DNA from: Strigamia acuminata
Lineage: Eukaryota
Direction: 5' to 3'
NCBI GenBank assembly: GCA_949358305.1
Contig: OX442314.1
Location: 21,638,001 to 21,702,000 of the forward strand
Length of the DNA stretch: 64,000 bases
The notes beneath the pieces are model-generated. The model was not told where the DNA came from, ran no database searches, and worked only from the letters and a program-made list of their open reading frames with translations. Made by a program: the position numbers and the translations under genes. Each line of letters begins with the position of its first letter. The stretch's first letter is position 1. This document shows positions 1 through 13,758 of this stretch, in pieces.

Positions 1-578
1 AATCTTTTGACATAAATAAATCTATTTTTAACACTTAACAATCATTTCCTGTAATCTTTTAGTGATTTTTAATCCAAAGGGCAATTTTATTTAACTTTTC
101 AATTATATTTTGTGAATTTTTTTAAAAAAAATTGTTTGTTTTTGTTTTTGTCTTTTCAATAAAATGCATTGAAATAAATTCATTCTTCAATGTAAAATAC
201 AATTTCAAAACTAAAAAAAAATGTTCATTTTTGAGTAGTTACCGAATTACTAGCAAATGACGAGTGAAAATTAGCAGCTAATTAAAGTTAATTTTGTTTG
301 TTAGTGGTCCCAACATTGCCAGTTATAAGACAATAAAGTTATAACTTGACTTTTTATAACCCACAAGTATCCTTCCGCAAACTCTTTAATTACTTAATTA
401 TATTTAACGTAAATTTTATGCAATTAGGTTAAATATGATGTAATTTGGCTTGCTTAAGTCATACAACATTCCTTCACAAATGATTGAAATTGGCAATCAA
501 TATTGGGAAGTTAATTCTGCAATGTACAAACCAAACAATTCAAGCACACGTCGTACGTGTGTTTAGTGCCGTTCGAAG

Positions 579-1028
579 TAGACTTTGACCGATACCGGTA
601 TCGGTATCGGCTATCGGCCGATATTTCGGTATTCACCGATATCGGATCCGATATTTTTTGGCGTGGCCGATACCGATATTGCCACGTTTCTAAAACGTAT
701 CGTTTTATAGGCGAAAACGATTCGTTTTAGACAAAAACGATTCGTTTTAGACAAAAAAAGATTCGTTTTAGACAAAAAACGATTCGTTTTAGACAAAAAA
801 CGATTTGTTTTAGACAAAAACGATTCGTTTTAGACAAAAAACGATTCGTTTTAGACAAAAACGATACGTTTTGGAAACAACTTTGAACGCAATTTTTTTT
901 TTTTTTGGGCGGGGGTGGGGGGGGGGGGGTTCGGACAATATCGGCGCAGGTATCGGTATCGGCCGATATTCGGTTACCGATTATCGGTATCGGCGATACT
1001 ACAAAATACCGGTATCGGTCAAAGTCTA
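579..1028. mobile_element. hAT-type MITE (450 bp)
   Basis: 23-bp TIRs TAGACTTTGACCGATACCGGTAT / ATACCGGTATCGGTCAAAGTCTA; 8-bp TSD GTTCGAAG (571-578, 1029-1036); CCGATA/TATCGG subterminal repeats. Confidence 0.9.
693..873. repeat. ~20-21-bp tandem repeat inside the MITE
   Basis: About 7-8 head-to-tail copies of (A)nCGATTCGTTTTAGAC with no spacers. Confidence 0.9.
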
Positions 1029-4000
1029 GTTCGAAGGCCCGAAGTCGATTGCAATAACTGAAACATTTCGCAATCTGTGATTTTGAACTCCAGATATCAT
1101 TAAGACGTTATTCGCTGCCCCCTTGTTTCAGTAATCGACTTCTCTGCTAACCATCAGACTATTTATGTTTGCAGTTGCACTTAGCAGTTAACAGTTTTTC
1201 CCAACATCCGACGAGAAATGATGTGTGTGAAATTGTGTTAAGTTCCTCCAAAAAAAAAAAATCAGCATGACATTGACAGCTGCATTTAATGTAATTATGA
1301 AATATGAAAACTCGATCATTTTTATGGACATAAGACAACCCACACATCTCACTAGGATCACACCGTGATCATATGACGCCAGTCGGAAGTCTCTGCATTC
1401 CTGTGGTTGGATTCACTAACAAAAAACGTTAATGGCCGACGACATCGATAACTAACGGCTGGTTGACAGTTTTGACACAAGTAATGTAATCACATTAAAA
1501 GAAATTCATTGTTATTATTTTTGTGAATAACACTAAAAATAACTGTATCGTAAAATCCTATCTTTATCGACTAACTATGCTTAAGTGAGTCTGGTGTGCT
1601 GGAATGTTTGTGAGATGTTTCAGGGACTTGCAGGTTGAAGGAATAAGCTTTGTATGATGCATTACATTTTATTTATTTATTTATTTATTTATTTACGGGA
1701 ACACACTCCAACGGAGTAATAACAAGAAAAAAGAATTATTTATGCACAGATTTAGGTGACTTTGAGTATATTTTGACCAATGTGTATGAGTTCTCGTTGA
1801 AATTGACAACAGTGTTTAATTTATGAGTTTACCTCTAAAAATGTTCTCATAAAAAAGTAATAAAATTGGCACAACTCATTTTGCGAATTAATGTTTCTGC
1901 CAATTGATAGTTTTTAAATAGAAATGTAATTTTAACGTGGGTATTTTAAAATCAAGGCCTAGTCTTTACATTTTCTACTATAATTTTATATATTAGAACA
2001 GAATTTTTAAAAAAAATTGAGATATTGAGGTGGATAACATAGTTTGACACGAAAATAATTTAAACAGTTATTCTAAAATTGCTGAAATTTATTTTAAGTT
2101 TAATTCATATTACTTTTTAATTTTATTTCTAACATTTGTGGTTGTAGCTGCTAAAATTATCCATTTCGATTTTCATTTTTCATTATTTTGGATTGATGCC
2201 AAGATATTTTTTTTGTTAATAAGAAAAAAGAAAAATAAATTGAAAAAAGTCACGATTCTGCTGGTGTAGTGTGTAGTAAAGTTTCTGTTAGGTATTGTGC
2301 AGAGATATACATATCTGTACCAACTTGTAAAGAATTTATTTGTATGTTTTTTTTACTAAGAAACGCCGAAAAAGTGAAAGGTTCTAAGCTGTAATAATAT
2401 CATCCAATGGTTTGGCATGTGTCCAAACAGGTGGATGGTTAATGCGGTCAACACATGAAAAGAGATTCAATGGGATGAGAGTACCGTGCATTGACTGCAA
2501 TTATGCGTGCATGGGTGTCATAAAAATGATTCAGGAAAAGTGTGTTGTAGAATAGATATATGTATATTTTATATCTTATTAGATTTATGTACTACTATTT
2601 ACTACCGGAGAGGGAGCCCGCAAAACTTATAAATTGGTAAAATTAAAAAAAGAAATTCTACGCAAATCGTACGGTGATTTTTATGTTCATCTCTCTGTGA
2701 ATTTAAATTAGAAAAATTGCTAATGGTCATAAAGGGTGGGTGTGTTCAATACGTTGTTATTATTAACTGTAGTAGAAAGAAAATTACTTGCAAACATGCA
2801 ATTTTTAATGGTGAGCACATTTCTACACTACACTTAACGTGGTCAAATGGTGTTTTTGGTGAGTTAAAACCGAGCTATTTTTTTTTGTGTAGAATCGCAT
2901 ATAATTTTTGGTTTTTATCAACTATGTGATAAAACTGTCAAATTGATAATTGATATTTTGAGATTGGATGACGTGCAACCAGATGTTACAGTGAACAAAA
3001 AATTTCCTTGTCGTATTATGTCACAACAAAGGGAGAAAATTGTCGTTTCTGGTTTGCATATGTGAAAAAATTGCTTGAAATTAATATTCTTTTTTTCCTT
3101 TTTACTCCTTGGATTGAGCTGGATTTGAGCGAACTGCATGTCATACACACCCTTTTAATTGACTCAGCAGTTGAGCACATGGCCAACAGTCATAATTAAT
3201 GACAATGTTATCAGCAAAGCAAAATTTAATTGGGATATCACAGCTTTGAGCGTGTTGCAATGTTCGCTTTTTGCTCCGAATGGGGGAAAGCGAAATAAAA
3301 AGAAAACTGAATCGATTTTTACATCAACTTCTAAGCTCGGGTATAAATTACGCGCATAAAATTCGTTGTTAACCTTTAATGAAGGTCGCGAACGAAATCA
3401 ATAAACAAACCATTAATCTTGTTCGGTGTTTTCTTTTTTTTTACTATTCTTCTTTTCACCTTTTAGTGTAGTGAGAAAGGGATAGTTTCTTGCTATCTTT
3501 AAATAGCAATGAAGGCACGTGGTACTACTGATAAGTGGGTGTGGTTAGAAATATTGTAGTCGATATCTGGCACAAGTTCAGTCAGGTGTGCACTTCTCTC
3601 GAGTCAACTGCAGGTGCTTTTTGTTTGCAGTCAGGTAAAACATAAGAAAAATTTCTTTTTTTTGCTGTAAAAAATTAATGATTTAAGGAATTAATAATTT
3701 ATATGATTTATTAAATGCATGCACAAATTGAAAAGGTGAATTTAACATTTCTTTGTGTTTATAAATCGAAAATTCTATTCATATTATGAACTTTGTTGTT
3801 GATAATTGATGGACCGAATTGTTGTGGTGTACGGCAGAAAAATATGAATTCATAAAAGTAAATTTCAATTTGTTATTTGTACATTGAAGAGGTGGGTAAT
3901 GCAATTCTGTGAAAATTTTAAATTGATTGTTTTGTGTTTTAATTTCCATGGTGACAATTGATAAGCAAGTGATAATGATAGTTGTAAGGTGGGTGGCAGG

Positions 4001-5985
4001 TCTTGTCCTTGACTTTTTTATGTGTTATTCATTTCTGGTTAGTTAAGTTAAAAATTTTGAGTTATTAATGTTTTTTTTTAAAATTTTATTTCAATGTTTT
4101 TTTTTAAAATTTTATTTCAATGTTTTTTTTCTGTGTTATTTATGTGGTTATGGTTACAACTGCACGTTTTAATTCAATTGATTCAGTTGTGGATCAGGTC
4201 ATGTTTGCGCCAGAAATCTTAGATAACAGAAAAAATTTAATAGGATGATATTTTTTTTTAAAACACTCAGGTCTGGTTTGGATTAATTGAACTCGATGAA
4301 CAAAAGAAATCCAACTACACACAGTATGAATGATTTCCGTGAAATCAATTTTAATGTGAATGAATAAGATTGGTCAATATTTAAAAGTTTTTTACAAAAA
4401 AAATATAATTAGAAAGTCTGATATAATTTATTTAATTTTTATGAATGGATAAGTAGTTGGAGGTAAGGACTATTCACAGATCAACATTGTGTAGTAAGTT
4501 TTATATAACGAATCTTTACTCGGTAATGCATACGTCCTTAACCCTTGTTCCTAAATTAGGCGTAAGGGTTAAGGACGTCAAGCAAATCTGTATAAAATAA
4601 AAATTTTACAAACAAAAGTATGGCAAAGAAAGCAAAAGACATTCAAATAAATGTTCACAGGTTGGGTTTTTTGTTACATTTTAAATCTTTTCCATAGTGA
4701 AAAATCTGTAGTAGTATTACAAATACACGTGCGATGTGTAGTTTAAGTGGCTATGTTATTTATGAACATGTTGGGTTTGGTTGATTAAGAGTGTTTTTGT
4801 TCGTGATTTTTTTTGGAGTCCCGGGTAGCTTAATTGGTAGAGCCACCTGTTCGGGAAATGAGGTTTGATTTTGGCTCTGGATTTCATGTAGTCCGAGCCG
4901 ATTCGTTGGAGGCAGGAGATACACTACGAAGTTTTCCTCAATGAAGTTCACTTTTAGGGAATTTCAGGTTTAGTTTTGGTACAAATGCTTCATGTAATGA
5001 TTTTGTTTTGTTGGATTCAACTCGTGAAAATTCATCAGTTGATTATATTCCAGTTTTATTTTTATTTTTAAAAAAATTACTTATTAATAATTTATTGTTT
5101 TTGAATTATTCTAAACATTAAACTTTTGTAGAACTTTATCAAAGATCAATATTTAGCAGGGATGTAATTTTAGATTGCGTGCTAAAAGCCTTATCCAAAG
5201 CACTACCGTATGTGTTACGGGACAGTTAATTGCATCTTATGTCTGATTTTGTTCGATAGTGACGTTTATAGCGCTCACAGTGTCAATTAGAATAATCACG
5301 CAATTCTCGATGCCATTTTTGCACGTAAACTGACAATCTGATACAATTTTAAAAATGTGCATACAAGTATATTCGATATGCAGTAGTTTTACATGGTTTA
5401 ATGTTTTCCTTCAATTAACTATATCTGATTTCTACGTAAACTTCGCATAATGACCACACTCAAAATTCGAAAAGAATGATGATTGATGTTACATTTTGCC
5501 AAGCACAACTCTCTATTACGACTTAGAGAGCACACCCCACTTCTCTTATCAAATATCCACCTAAACAAGTCGCAAGCAAGTCGTTTCTCGTTTGTTAAAA
5601 ATAACACATACAAGTGGACACGCATAAAATCTGATTTAATACAATCGATGACAATTGCCATGAGTTACTTACGTAATAAATAAAGTTGGTAAATAACGAA
5701 AGTAAATTTAGCTCATTCAGTTGCGTAATTGGTGCATGATTCATATAACTAAGCACATTTTCAACTTGAGATCCATTAAAAGCTCACCCACTCTGATGTA
5801 ACAGATGAGAAGCGCCTTAGATTGATTTCAACTCAAGAATTTATTAGGTCATGGCTATTGAATGTAGCCTTGACAACGTATAAACTCGGGTGCTCATATC
5901 GATGCACGCGTGTAGTGTGTCACCAGTACATCAGAATATAAAATTTGTCGTGTTTTTCTTTGGTTTTGTTTCAGACTGCCTGGCG

Positions 5986-6834
5986 ATGGGTTCGTTTGGA
6001 GGTCACGTCGTGCCCGGCTCGTGCTTCGTTCTCGTGTCGTTATGGTGGACGTTCAGCATCTACAGAAAATACTACAAAGCGATATGCAACGGCGAGAAAT
6101 TCCGAAGCTCCACGTGGTTTCGGCTGGACGAATACCCCAATTTCCCTCTGGAAAGTCTAGTCAAGCTGGTTCTGGTCGTGATCGGCATTACCGGCGAAAC
6201 GGTCACCGGATTCGACGACAGCGGCGTGTTCATACACATCAACAACGGACAACACATCACAATGTTTTTCTTTTTCGGCATCCAAGCTGTGGTGGAAATT
6301 TTACAATTCTACAAGTTCCCTTCCATTCCGGCTAATGCTGAGTATTTCACCAGCGTTTTGGGATTCTTCATCGAAGCACTCCTCTTCAGTTTTCATCTCC
6401 ACGGCAGATCGCACTTGGACGTGCTCGTTCACACGCTCCTGGTGATTGCCATCGCGGGCTGTTGCTTCACCACGTTGTTGGAGACTTTTGTTCGAGACCA
6501 AGTGATTGTGCCGCTAACACGTGCCTTCTGCACGCTTCTGCAGGGAACGTGGTTTTATCACGTGGCGTTCATTCTGTATCCGCCGTTGCCCGGTATGAAA
6601 CATTGGGCGTCGGCGGATCACAACGAGATGATGTTGGTGGTCATGTATTTCACGTGGCATGCTGCGGTCGGTTTTGGCGTCACGCTGCTCGTGGGCAGTT
6701 TGGTTTCGTTGAAGTACAGAAGGATGTTGAGGTCGATCGAGTTGAACGATTCGTGCAGGCTGAGTTTGTTGCGGAAGGAGAAGAGCGAGTTTTTGGCTTT
6801 GAGTCAAGTCGAGTCGGACAGTGATGAAGTTTGA
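5986..6834 (+). CDS. TMEM45: TMEM45/DUF716-family multi-pass membrane protein, copy 1 (most canonical)
   Basis: MGSFGGHVVPG start; NGQHITMF, FHLHGR, QGTWF and FTWH motifs; several hydrophobic helices. ATG 5986 follows a polypyrimidine/TTTCAG acceptor ending at 5974. Confidence 0.92.
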   Translation: MGSFGGHVVPGSCFVLVSLWWTFSIYRKYYKAICNGEKFRSSTWFRLDEYPNFPLESLVKLVLVVIGITGETVTGFDDSGVFIHINNGQHITMFFFFGIQAVVEILQFYKFPSIPANAEYFTSVLGFFIEALLFSFHLHGRSHLDVLVHTLLVIAIAGCCFTTLLETFVRDQVIVPLTRAFCTLLQGTWFYHVAFILYPPLPGMKHWASADHNEMMLVVMYFTWHAAVGFGVTLLVGSLVSLKYRRMLRSIELNDSCRLSLLRKEKSEFLALSQVESDSDEV

Positions 6835-8288
6835 ACAACACAACACAACAAAAAGGATCATTTACATTTTGATTTTTCATTTTAAATGTGATTTTATTTT
6901 GATATTATTGTTATTATTGATGTTTTGTTTAATTTCGATTCGATCGAGTTTAATGGTATAGAAATCATAAAGTTTGTGATTTAAAATTTAGATATTTAAT
7001 ATCTGTTGATTATTATAATAGTGAAAGAGAAATTTATTCACGTTGAGAAGTAATTGTTGATTGTATGTTGTGTTTAGTTAAATTTGGACCGAGTCGAGTT
7101 CCTACTTGAAACAAATTGTAGCAAGAAAATGAGTAGTAGTGCCTTTATTTTATACGTAATTCAAGATTAGAGTTGCGTACAAAATATTTTTGGAAATATG
7201 CAATATGATATGTTTCACACGACCAAAGACTTAGTATTCAGCTTGACATTTTTATTACCGTATTTAAATGTTTCTGATTGTTTTTGATGTCTGTATAGCT
7301 ATCTATGACTATTGTCTGTGCTCAGTATCTTGATGCCGAAATGAAACTGATAAATCCCTGTCTGTGCACACAAATGCCAGTTATATACAATTCTGTAGAT
7401 TACAATAAAGAATTTTAGACTTTCGTAAAGTGGAACTTAGTGTTTGAATTTGGCATGAAGATACCGAGCACAGACTGTAGCTGTAGAAATTATCACGTTT
7501 TGCTCTCTTGTTTATCGATCAAAATCACATTAACTACAAAATACTTATATCGTGACAAAAAAAAGTTGGAGAAAAACTGATTTATAAAACAAAAATCAGT
7601 TATCGTGCCTTGATTTATTCTTTAATTAAATTAAAACAAATTGCCTTTTTCAAAATGAAACAAAAATGCATTGCCTTTATTGCATTGATATTTTTTATAC
7701 AACTCTTAATACACAGTATTCTTCGATTTCCGGGCGTCAAATTATGGGATTTAGTCATTACATTATAATTACACGAATTTATGAAATACGTGATTATTTA
7801 TGAACATTTTTCCCCAAAATTATTACTCTAAACTCTGAAATCGAAGCGATATAGTGTATACTATTTGTCTATGCACGTATTCAGACTTTAGAAAATTGAG
7901 CAAATTAAATTAGTTTCGCATTGCCAAATCCTTCATTTAATCACTGTTATTTTTTATTTAATACAACTGTAAAGTTTATTGATAAATATTGAATTTTTAA
8001 ATAAAATTATTGAATCATGTTGAAAAAAGTAAAGAACTGAACTTTACAACAAAAGTATTTTTACAGGAAATTTAGTCGCTTTCAAAGAAATAGAACTTGG
8101 AAACTGAAAATGCATTAATGCAATAATGTTACTACATTTTTTATTGAGTAAACGAGATGTAAAAATGTTTGGCCTTTTTACTGATGGCTGCTTACTACAG
8201 AAGTGAGTGACACGCCATCTAGTTTGAATGTTCTGGAATGAGCCATAAATGCACCATCTGTTGGCAGAAGATAACATTATTGGATGAT

Positions 8289-9581
8289 CCGGTCAGAATT
8301 GCTTGATGTGATACAACACCGCCCAGACAGGTTTGCTCGGACCCGGACCCAATCAATCAGTACAGAGCAATGCAAAATTTGCTCTTTGGTCCGGACAGCT
8401 CCCCCTTCTGGAATCCGGACAAAGCGATGCATCCCGTATAGGGAAAAATCGCTGTGTAGTCCGGATAAAAACCAAAAATGTCGATTTTCTAATGAAACAA
8501 ATTGCAAAAAGAATTAAAAACACTAAAATTTAAATAAAAATTTAATTTATTGCAGGTTCACAAACGTTGGAAAAGGAAATACCATTATGCCATGTGCACC
8601 TATGTTACGTAATGTGCACGTCGTATTGTGCACGTCTTCACGAACATAGACATTACGTAGTTTTAGCGGTACTTTCCATTTGCACTACCCTTAGCGCAAT
8701 AAACTAATTTTTATTTTTTAATTTAATTTTTAGTGTTTTAAATTCTTTTTATTGCTTCTTTCATTAGAAAATTACATTTTTTAAAACTTTTTAATGTAGC
8801 GGAAATTGATTTTCTTTAACTCTCTAGTCCGGACATGTGGCATTTGTCCGGACCAGAGAGTGTATATGCCTTAAGGTGGGTTCACACTTGGAAGTAAAGT
8901 AAGGCAAAGTAAAGTAAGCTCAGATAAAGTAGAAGTAAGGTAATGCAAGTGTGTTCACACTTGTTTTGAGTTGAAGTAAAAATGAACCAATCACAATGGA
9001 ATGCCAAGATCTCAATCCAGAACAAGATCCAAATTGTTGGATCACATTGGCCGTATTCAATTGCACAAATGCGGGCGATGTTCGCTTGCGGCGATGTTTG
9101 GCGAACATTTCGCGAAAACGTCGCAAAAACGTCGCAAAAACTTTGCGAATAATGAATAAAAATACCTCGTGAAAACGTCGCAAACACGTCGCGAATAACG
9201 AATAAAGATATATCGCGAATACTTCGCGAAAACATTGCGAAACTGTCACGAATAACGAATAAAAACGTTGCTAATAATGGCGGCGAATTTAGTCTCGTTC
9301 AGTCTCGTTTACCCTAACCTTCTCGCGAGAATGAGATTGTTCCTGATTGGCTGGAAGTAAGCTTGCTGCATTGCGTTACTTCCTACTTCAAAACAAATTT
9401 GAAGTAGCTTTTTGCTTACTTTACTGCTAAAACAATCCCACAATGCAATGCGCAGCAACCTTGCGTTGCGTTACTTCATAGTGGAAACACAAGTGTGAAC
9501 CCACCTTTACAGAACGGACATTTCCTAGACCGGACAAGTTTGTGGAACCTGTCCTATGTCCGGGCTACACAGCTTACACTG
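8289..9581. mobile_element. Degenerate pogo/Tc1-like non-autonomous element remnant hosting a MITE
   Basis: Repeated TCCGGAC motifs; right end ...GGGCTACACAGCTTACACTG|TA (TA-CAGTG terminus on the - strand). A second copy of this end lies at ~9766-9793. Left end not identified. Confidence 0.4.
8874..9506. mobile_element. PIF/Harbinger-type MITE
   Basis: 17-bp TIRs AGGTGGGTTCACACTTG / CAAGTGTGAACCCACCT; 3-bp TSD TTA; CpG-rich core. Confidence 0.85.
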
Positions 9582-10585
9582 TAACTCTTCGTATATATTG
9601 TATTTTTTGTTTATTAGTTTTTATACTGTTTTACATGGATATTCCATATTCAGATGCCAGGAAACAATTACGTGAGCTAAAAAAGTAATTACAAATTTAT
9701 ATTTAATTTTTGTTAAATAAGGTTTACAAACTGTGGTGTATTTGTTGGTGTAGTTACACTATATGCTCCGGGCTACACAGCTTGTACACTGTAATTGTTA
9801 TTTTAGACACCAAACAGGAACAAATGGTGCTAGGTATGAGTTACAATGACACACATGTGTGACGCATTTATGCGCGGTTAACAATAGAACAAATTTGTTC
9901 TTGAACTTGCTGGAAGTGACAGTTTGTCACTGTGGTTTTGGCGTGCAATTTCGATCAAAACGTGAGTAGTCAAAACGTTGGTAGTCATTTAATCCGTAAA
10001 TATTATTTGTTTATTGTATTTAATAACACGTTTACCTTGGGGTACGACATTCAACCGAATCTCTGACATGGGCTTTCGAATCCCTTTCCGAATCCCCGAA
10101 TCTCCGAATCCTGAAATTTTAAACCTTTAAACCTTTAAATTTTATAAAAAATTTGTATTTTTTGTCGAAATTTGGTCAAAAGCGAAAATATTTTCGACTT
10201 TTTTATTAAAATAATCATCTAAATCTTTCCAAATTCCAACCGAGTCCCATCCGAATCCTATGAAAGATTCGAATCTCTGACACGCAGATTCTGATTGATG
10301 TACTCCCTGACAGTTACACAATTTCAAAGTCTGTTTGCTATCTGAATCAATTTGCTATAAAAATATTAAAAACTATGCTAGTGGAGTAATGTGTAATTTG
10401 CCAAACTGAAATATGAAAAAAGGGTACTACTAGCACTAACTAATTAATAATTAAAATTATAAATAACAATTGTCAAGAAAAATGTATAATGAACACATTG
10501 TTCTTGACAACAGCTATTCCAAATAAAGGCGCTGCTTCAGTATAAGATAGTCTACTTTTATTTTTTCAGCCCCTGACTTGTCAGT

Positions 10586-11428
10586 ATGGGTACATTTGCG
10601 GATCACGCAACTCCTGGTTTTATGTACATCTTCCTCGGGATATGGTGGACGTATAGCAGTTACAAAAACTACTATAAAACAATGATCGATGGCAAGAAAT
10701 TTCAAAGTTCCACGTGGTTTTCGCTGGACAAGTACCCAAATCACCCATTGGAAAGCATCGTCAAATTGATTATGTTTTCGGTGTCGTTAATCGCGTTTGT
10801 TCTGTATGACGGCATCAACCAAGTGACTCTTCGAAATGGATACTTCATGACCAGCACTAGTTTCATCCTACTCCAATCAATTGTAGAAATTCTCCAAGTT
10901 TATAAATTCCGTTCTATTCCACCTGGTGCCGAATATTTTAGTAAAATTTTTGGATTTTCTACGCTAGCGCTCCTTTTTTTATCCCACACTCGTGACACAT
11001 CTGAATTAGACGCGTTTCTTTACACATTCCTAGTGCTTGCAATTGTTGGCTGCTGCGTCACTTTTGTTATCGAATTTTTTATTCGAGATAAATTGATCGT
11101 AACATTAGCTCGCACCCATTGCGTACTTGTCCAAGGTAGTTGGTTTATTCACGTAGGGTTCATTCTGTATCCACCTATTACCGGAATGAAACATTGGACC
11201 AGTAAAATGGATCACACTGACGCTATGTTGATATCTATATTTTTTTCGTGGCATGTTGCAGGTGCTATTGTAATAATATTCTTATGTGGGAGCTTGATTT
11301 CTCTACAGTATCGAAACGTAACTAGGTGTGAAGAAATTAATAATAATTTTAACAATGTAGGCTCAATGTACATAAAGGACAAGAGCCAATTCCAACCATT
11401 AATTCAGGTGGAATCAAATAGTCATTAG
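10586..11428 (+). CDS. TMEM45: TMEM45-like copy 2
   Basis: 280-aa ORF collinear with copy 1; TTTTTTTCAG acceptor just upstream; AATAAA downstream. Confidence 0.88.
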   Translation: MGTFADHATPGFMYIFLGIWWTYSSYKNYYKTMIDGKKFQSSTWFSLDKYPNHPLESIVKLIMFSVSLIAFVLYDGINQVTLRNGYFMTSTSFILLQSIVEILQVYKFRSIPPGAEYFSKIFGFSTLALLFLSHTRDTSELDAFLYTFLVLAIVGCCVTFVIEFFIRDKLIVTLARTHCVLVQGSWFIHVGFILYPPITGMKHWTSKMDHTDAMLISIFFSWHVAGAIVIIFLCGSLISLQYRNVTRCEEINNNFNNVGSMYIKDKSQFQPLIQVESNSH

Positions 11429-12295
11429 ATTTGAATCTCCATTTTTGTAAGCAATAAAATGTACAGTATGTGGCAATAAGAAGTTGTAAAAAGTAACCAG
11501 TATTGTCGTGTAATAACTTAGGTGGTGACCTCAAAAATATACCTTTGAGTGCTCACCATGTTTCTAATTATCTTGTGAAAAGATAAAATATCATCTCTGT
11601 AAAATTACATTTTATTTCTTATTTCGGTTTATGCAAAGTTGGAATATACAGTATCTATTAACACAGTGCCAGATATTTTTACCATTTGTGCTGTGGGACG
11701 CATCTTTTGATGCCTCAACTTAGTGCAGATTGTAGGAGGAATTTCCCTTCCTTTCGCTGGCGCCTGCCCTATTGTTTGCATGCAGCCGTTAAGCGGTTGT
11801 ATGCAATTAGCTTATTTTACTGTTCTGCGCAGCCTTTCTGAGCAGAATCTAGGGTGAGCCAAACTCTTGATCTGACTTCCAACAACTCCACATCGTGTTT
11901 AAACTTATGCTCAACCATTGCTAAGTGTGATCCATGGTATTCGAAGAATCGAGACTCACTGCTAATCTGTATTTCTTGCTTCGATTTCTAAAAGTAATCG
12001 AAACCCATATTTTTGTGTGTTTTGGGAGGATTTCTGTGTTCAGCGTGCTCCACAGAATTCAGTGCTCACGCGTTGCCATCGTAGGACAGCAACCGTGAGT
12101 GTGTGGCGCCAACGGATTGTGTGTTATTTTAACATTAAGTGTAAAATCATTTTCTCTAGACAAACTAAGGCCGCTAAGTAAAAGTCCCATGAGGCATCTC
12201 ATTAAGTAAAACCCGGATCACCGCAAATATATCAGTGACAAAATATACATTAAAACGACTAAAAATTGTGAGTTTGGACAATTTCAAAAGCAGGC

Positions 12296-12375
12296 TCTAT
12301 TTGTATTTGCTGTATTTGTTAATTTTTGTTGTATTTGCTGTATTTGCTGTATTTGGTGTATTTTCTGTATTTGCT
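12296..12375. repeat. 9-bp degenerate tandem repeat (TATTTGCTG)n
   Basis: Read directly from the sequence. Confidence 0.7.
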
Positions 12376-13188
12376 TATGGTATCGATCACAATTCACAAC
12401 ACAACTAGTGAGAAAGATGGAAAATGTCGGCGTGGTTGTGAAGAACGAACTTATAAATAAAGTTATTGGATTGTAAGGCAAAAAAGTGCTCCCGTCTTCT
12501 TGCGTATCTTTCAAAGGGTTTGTGAGACATTGTAAGAGTTAAATAAAAAAATCAATTAACTTTACTTCTCATCAATCGTAAACTTATATCGTGCGTGTGA
12601 TCTTTTTCTAACCGCGAAAATTCTGCTTCTAGCGCCCTCTCTCGTTGCTGAAACGGAACATAAGCTAACATTTTGCCGTAAATCAGCATTTTCTCCCTTT
12701 TAAACACATTTAATCTTAATTTTATCATGTTCATTGGAAAGTAGACCCAAAACTGCACCTGAAAAGTCTACTTTCCAATCTTATGATAAATTTTTTAATT
12801 GATTTTATTGAACACTTCACAAACCGGAAGTTGAAACAAATCTTCAAGTCAAGTAAATAAAAGCCTTTATAAAGATGTCTCCCAAATTTCACTGTTCGAG
12901 TACGTATCAAACTAGTCTCAATTTCAGAGGAGGAATAGCAGTGAGCGAGTTGCGATAAACTGTGAGGCATATCAAACTTAATATCAATTTTATCAATGCG
13001 GAGTTTGATTGTATGGAATAAAAATCGAAAAAAACAGTGAGAAAAACAAGGAAAAATAATACTTCTGACAATCAAGAGGAAATTTCTAAACGGCCCTGGA
13101 AATACATTGAATCATGAAGTTATTACCGTACATTAGTATTTTAACTTGGCAGAAATTAACTTTTGTTTGTACTCTAAATTGAATCAAT

Positions 13189-13758
13189 TACCACGTTTAC
13201 ATGTACCCAGTTATCTGGATAAGTGAAAATGCGAATTTTACTTTTCTGGAAAACTGATCATGTAAACAAATCAGTTTTCTAGAAAAGACAGACTTATCTG
13301 GAAAACTAAATTCCAGTTGTACGAGCTAGATTTTGGACGTTTTGCGCATTGAAAACTGCATGTAAACACCCGTGCATGCGAAAATTCAAAAACTTGGATC
13401 GAGATATCGTCGGATCGTTGTAGTAAAAATACGTTAGGCCTACGTACTAACAACATTTGGTACCGAAATCAATGTGAAATCAGCTAAAACCACCATTTTT
13501 GGGATCAGAATTTGCATATTAGGCACCGTTGCAAAGATTCGAGCAAAAACCTCGTTCCTAACCACCATTTCATTTGTTTGGCTGAAATGGATGAACAGCC
13601 ATTTTGTTGTTCCAGATAATCAAAGGGCAGTATGGGTAATTCTTGTATGACGTCACGTTTACCAGAAAACTAACGTCATGTAAACGCAAACGGTTATCCA
13701 GATAAATAAAATCTGAATATTCACTTATCTGGAAAACTGTGACCATGTAAACATGGTA
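13189..13758. mobile_element. MITE with imperfect ~40-bp TIRs
   Basis: Termini TACCACGTTTACATG... / ...CATGTAAACATGGTA, flanked by AAT on both sides. The paralogous site at ~55135-55160 is empty. Confidence 0.7.

Noticed and set aside
693..873. CRISPR-like array or 68-aa repeat protein (ORF 611-817)
   Set aside because: Repeats are contiguous with no unique spacers and lie inside a hAT MITE; the ORF is a by-product.
5890..5985. N-terminal extension of TMEM45 copy 1 (likewise 51679-51867 for copy 6)
   Set aside because: Non-ATG starts that run through polypyrimidine tracts and splice acceptors; all paralogues begin at MG(S/T)F.
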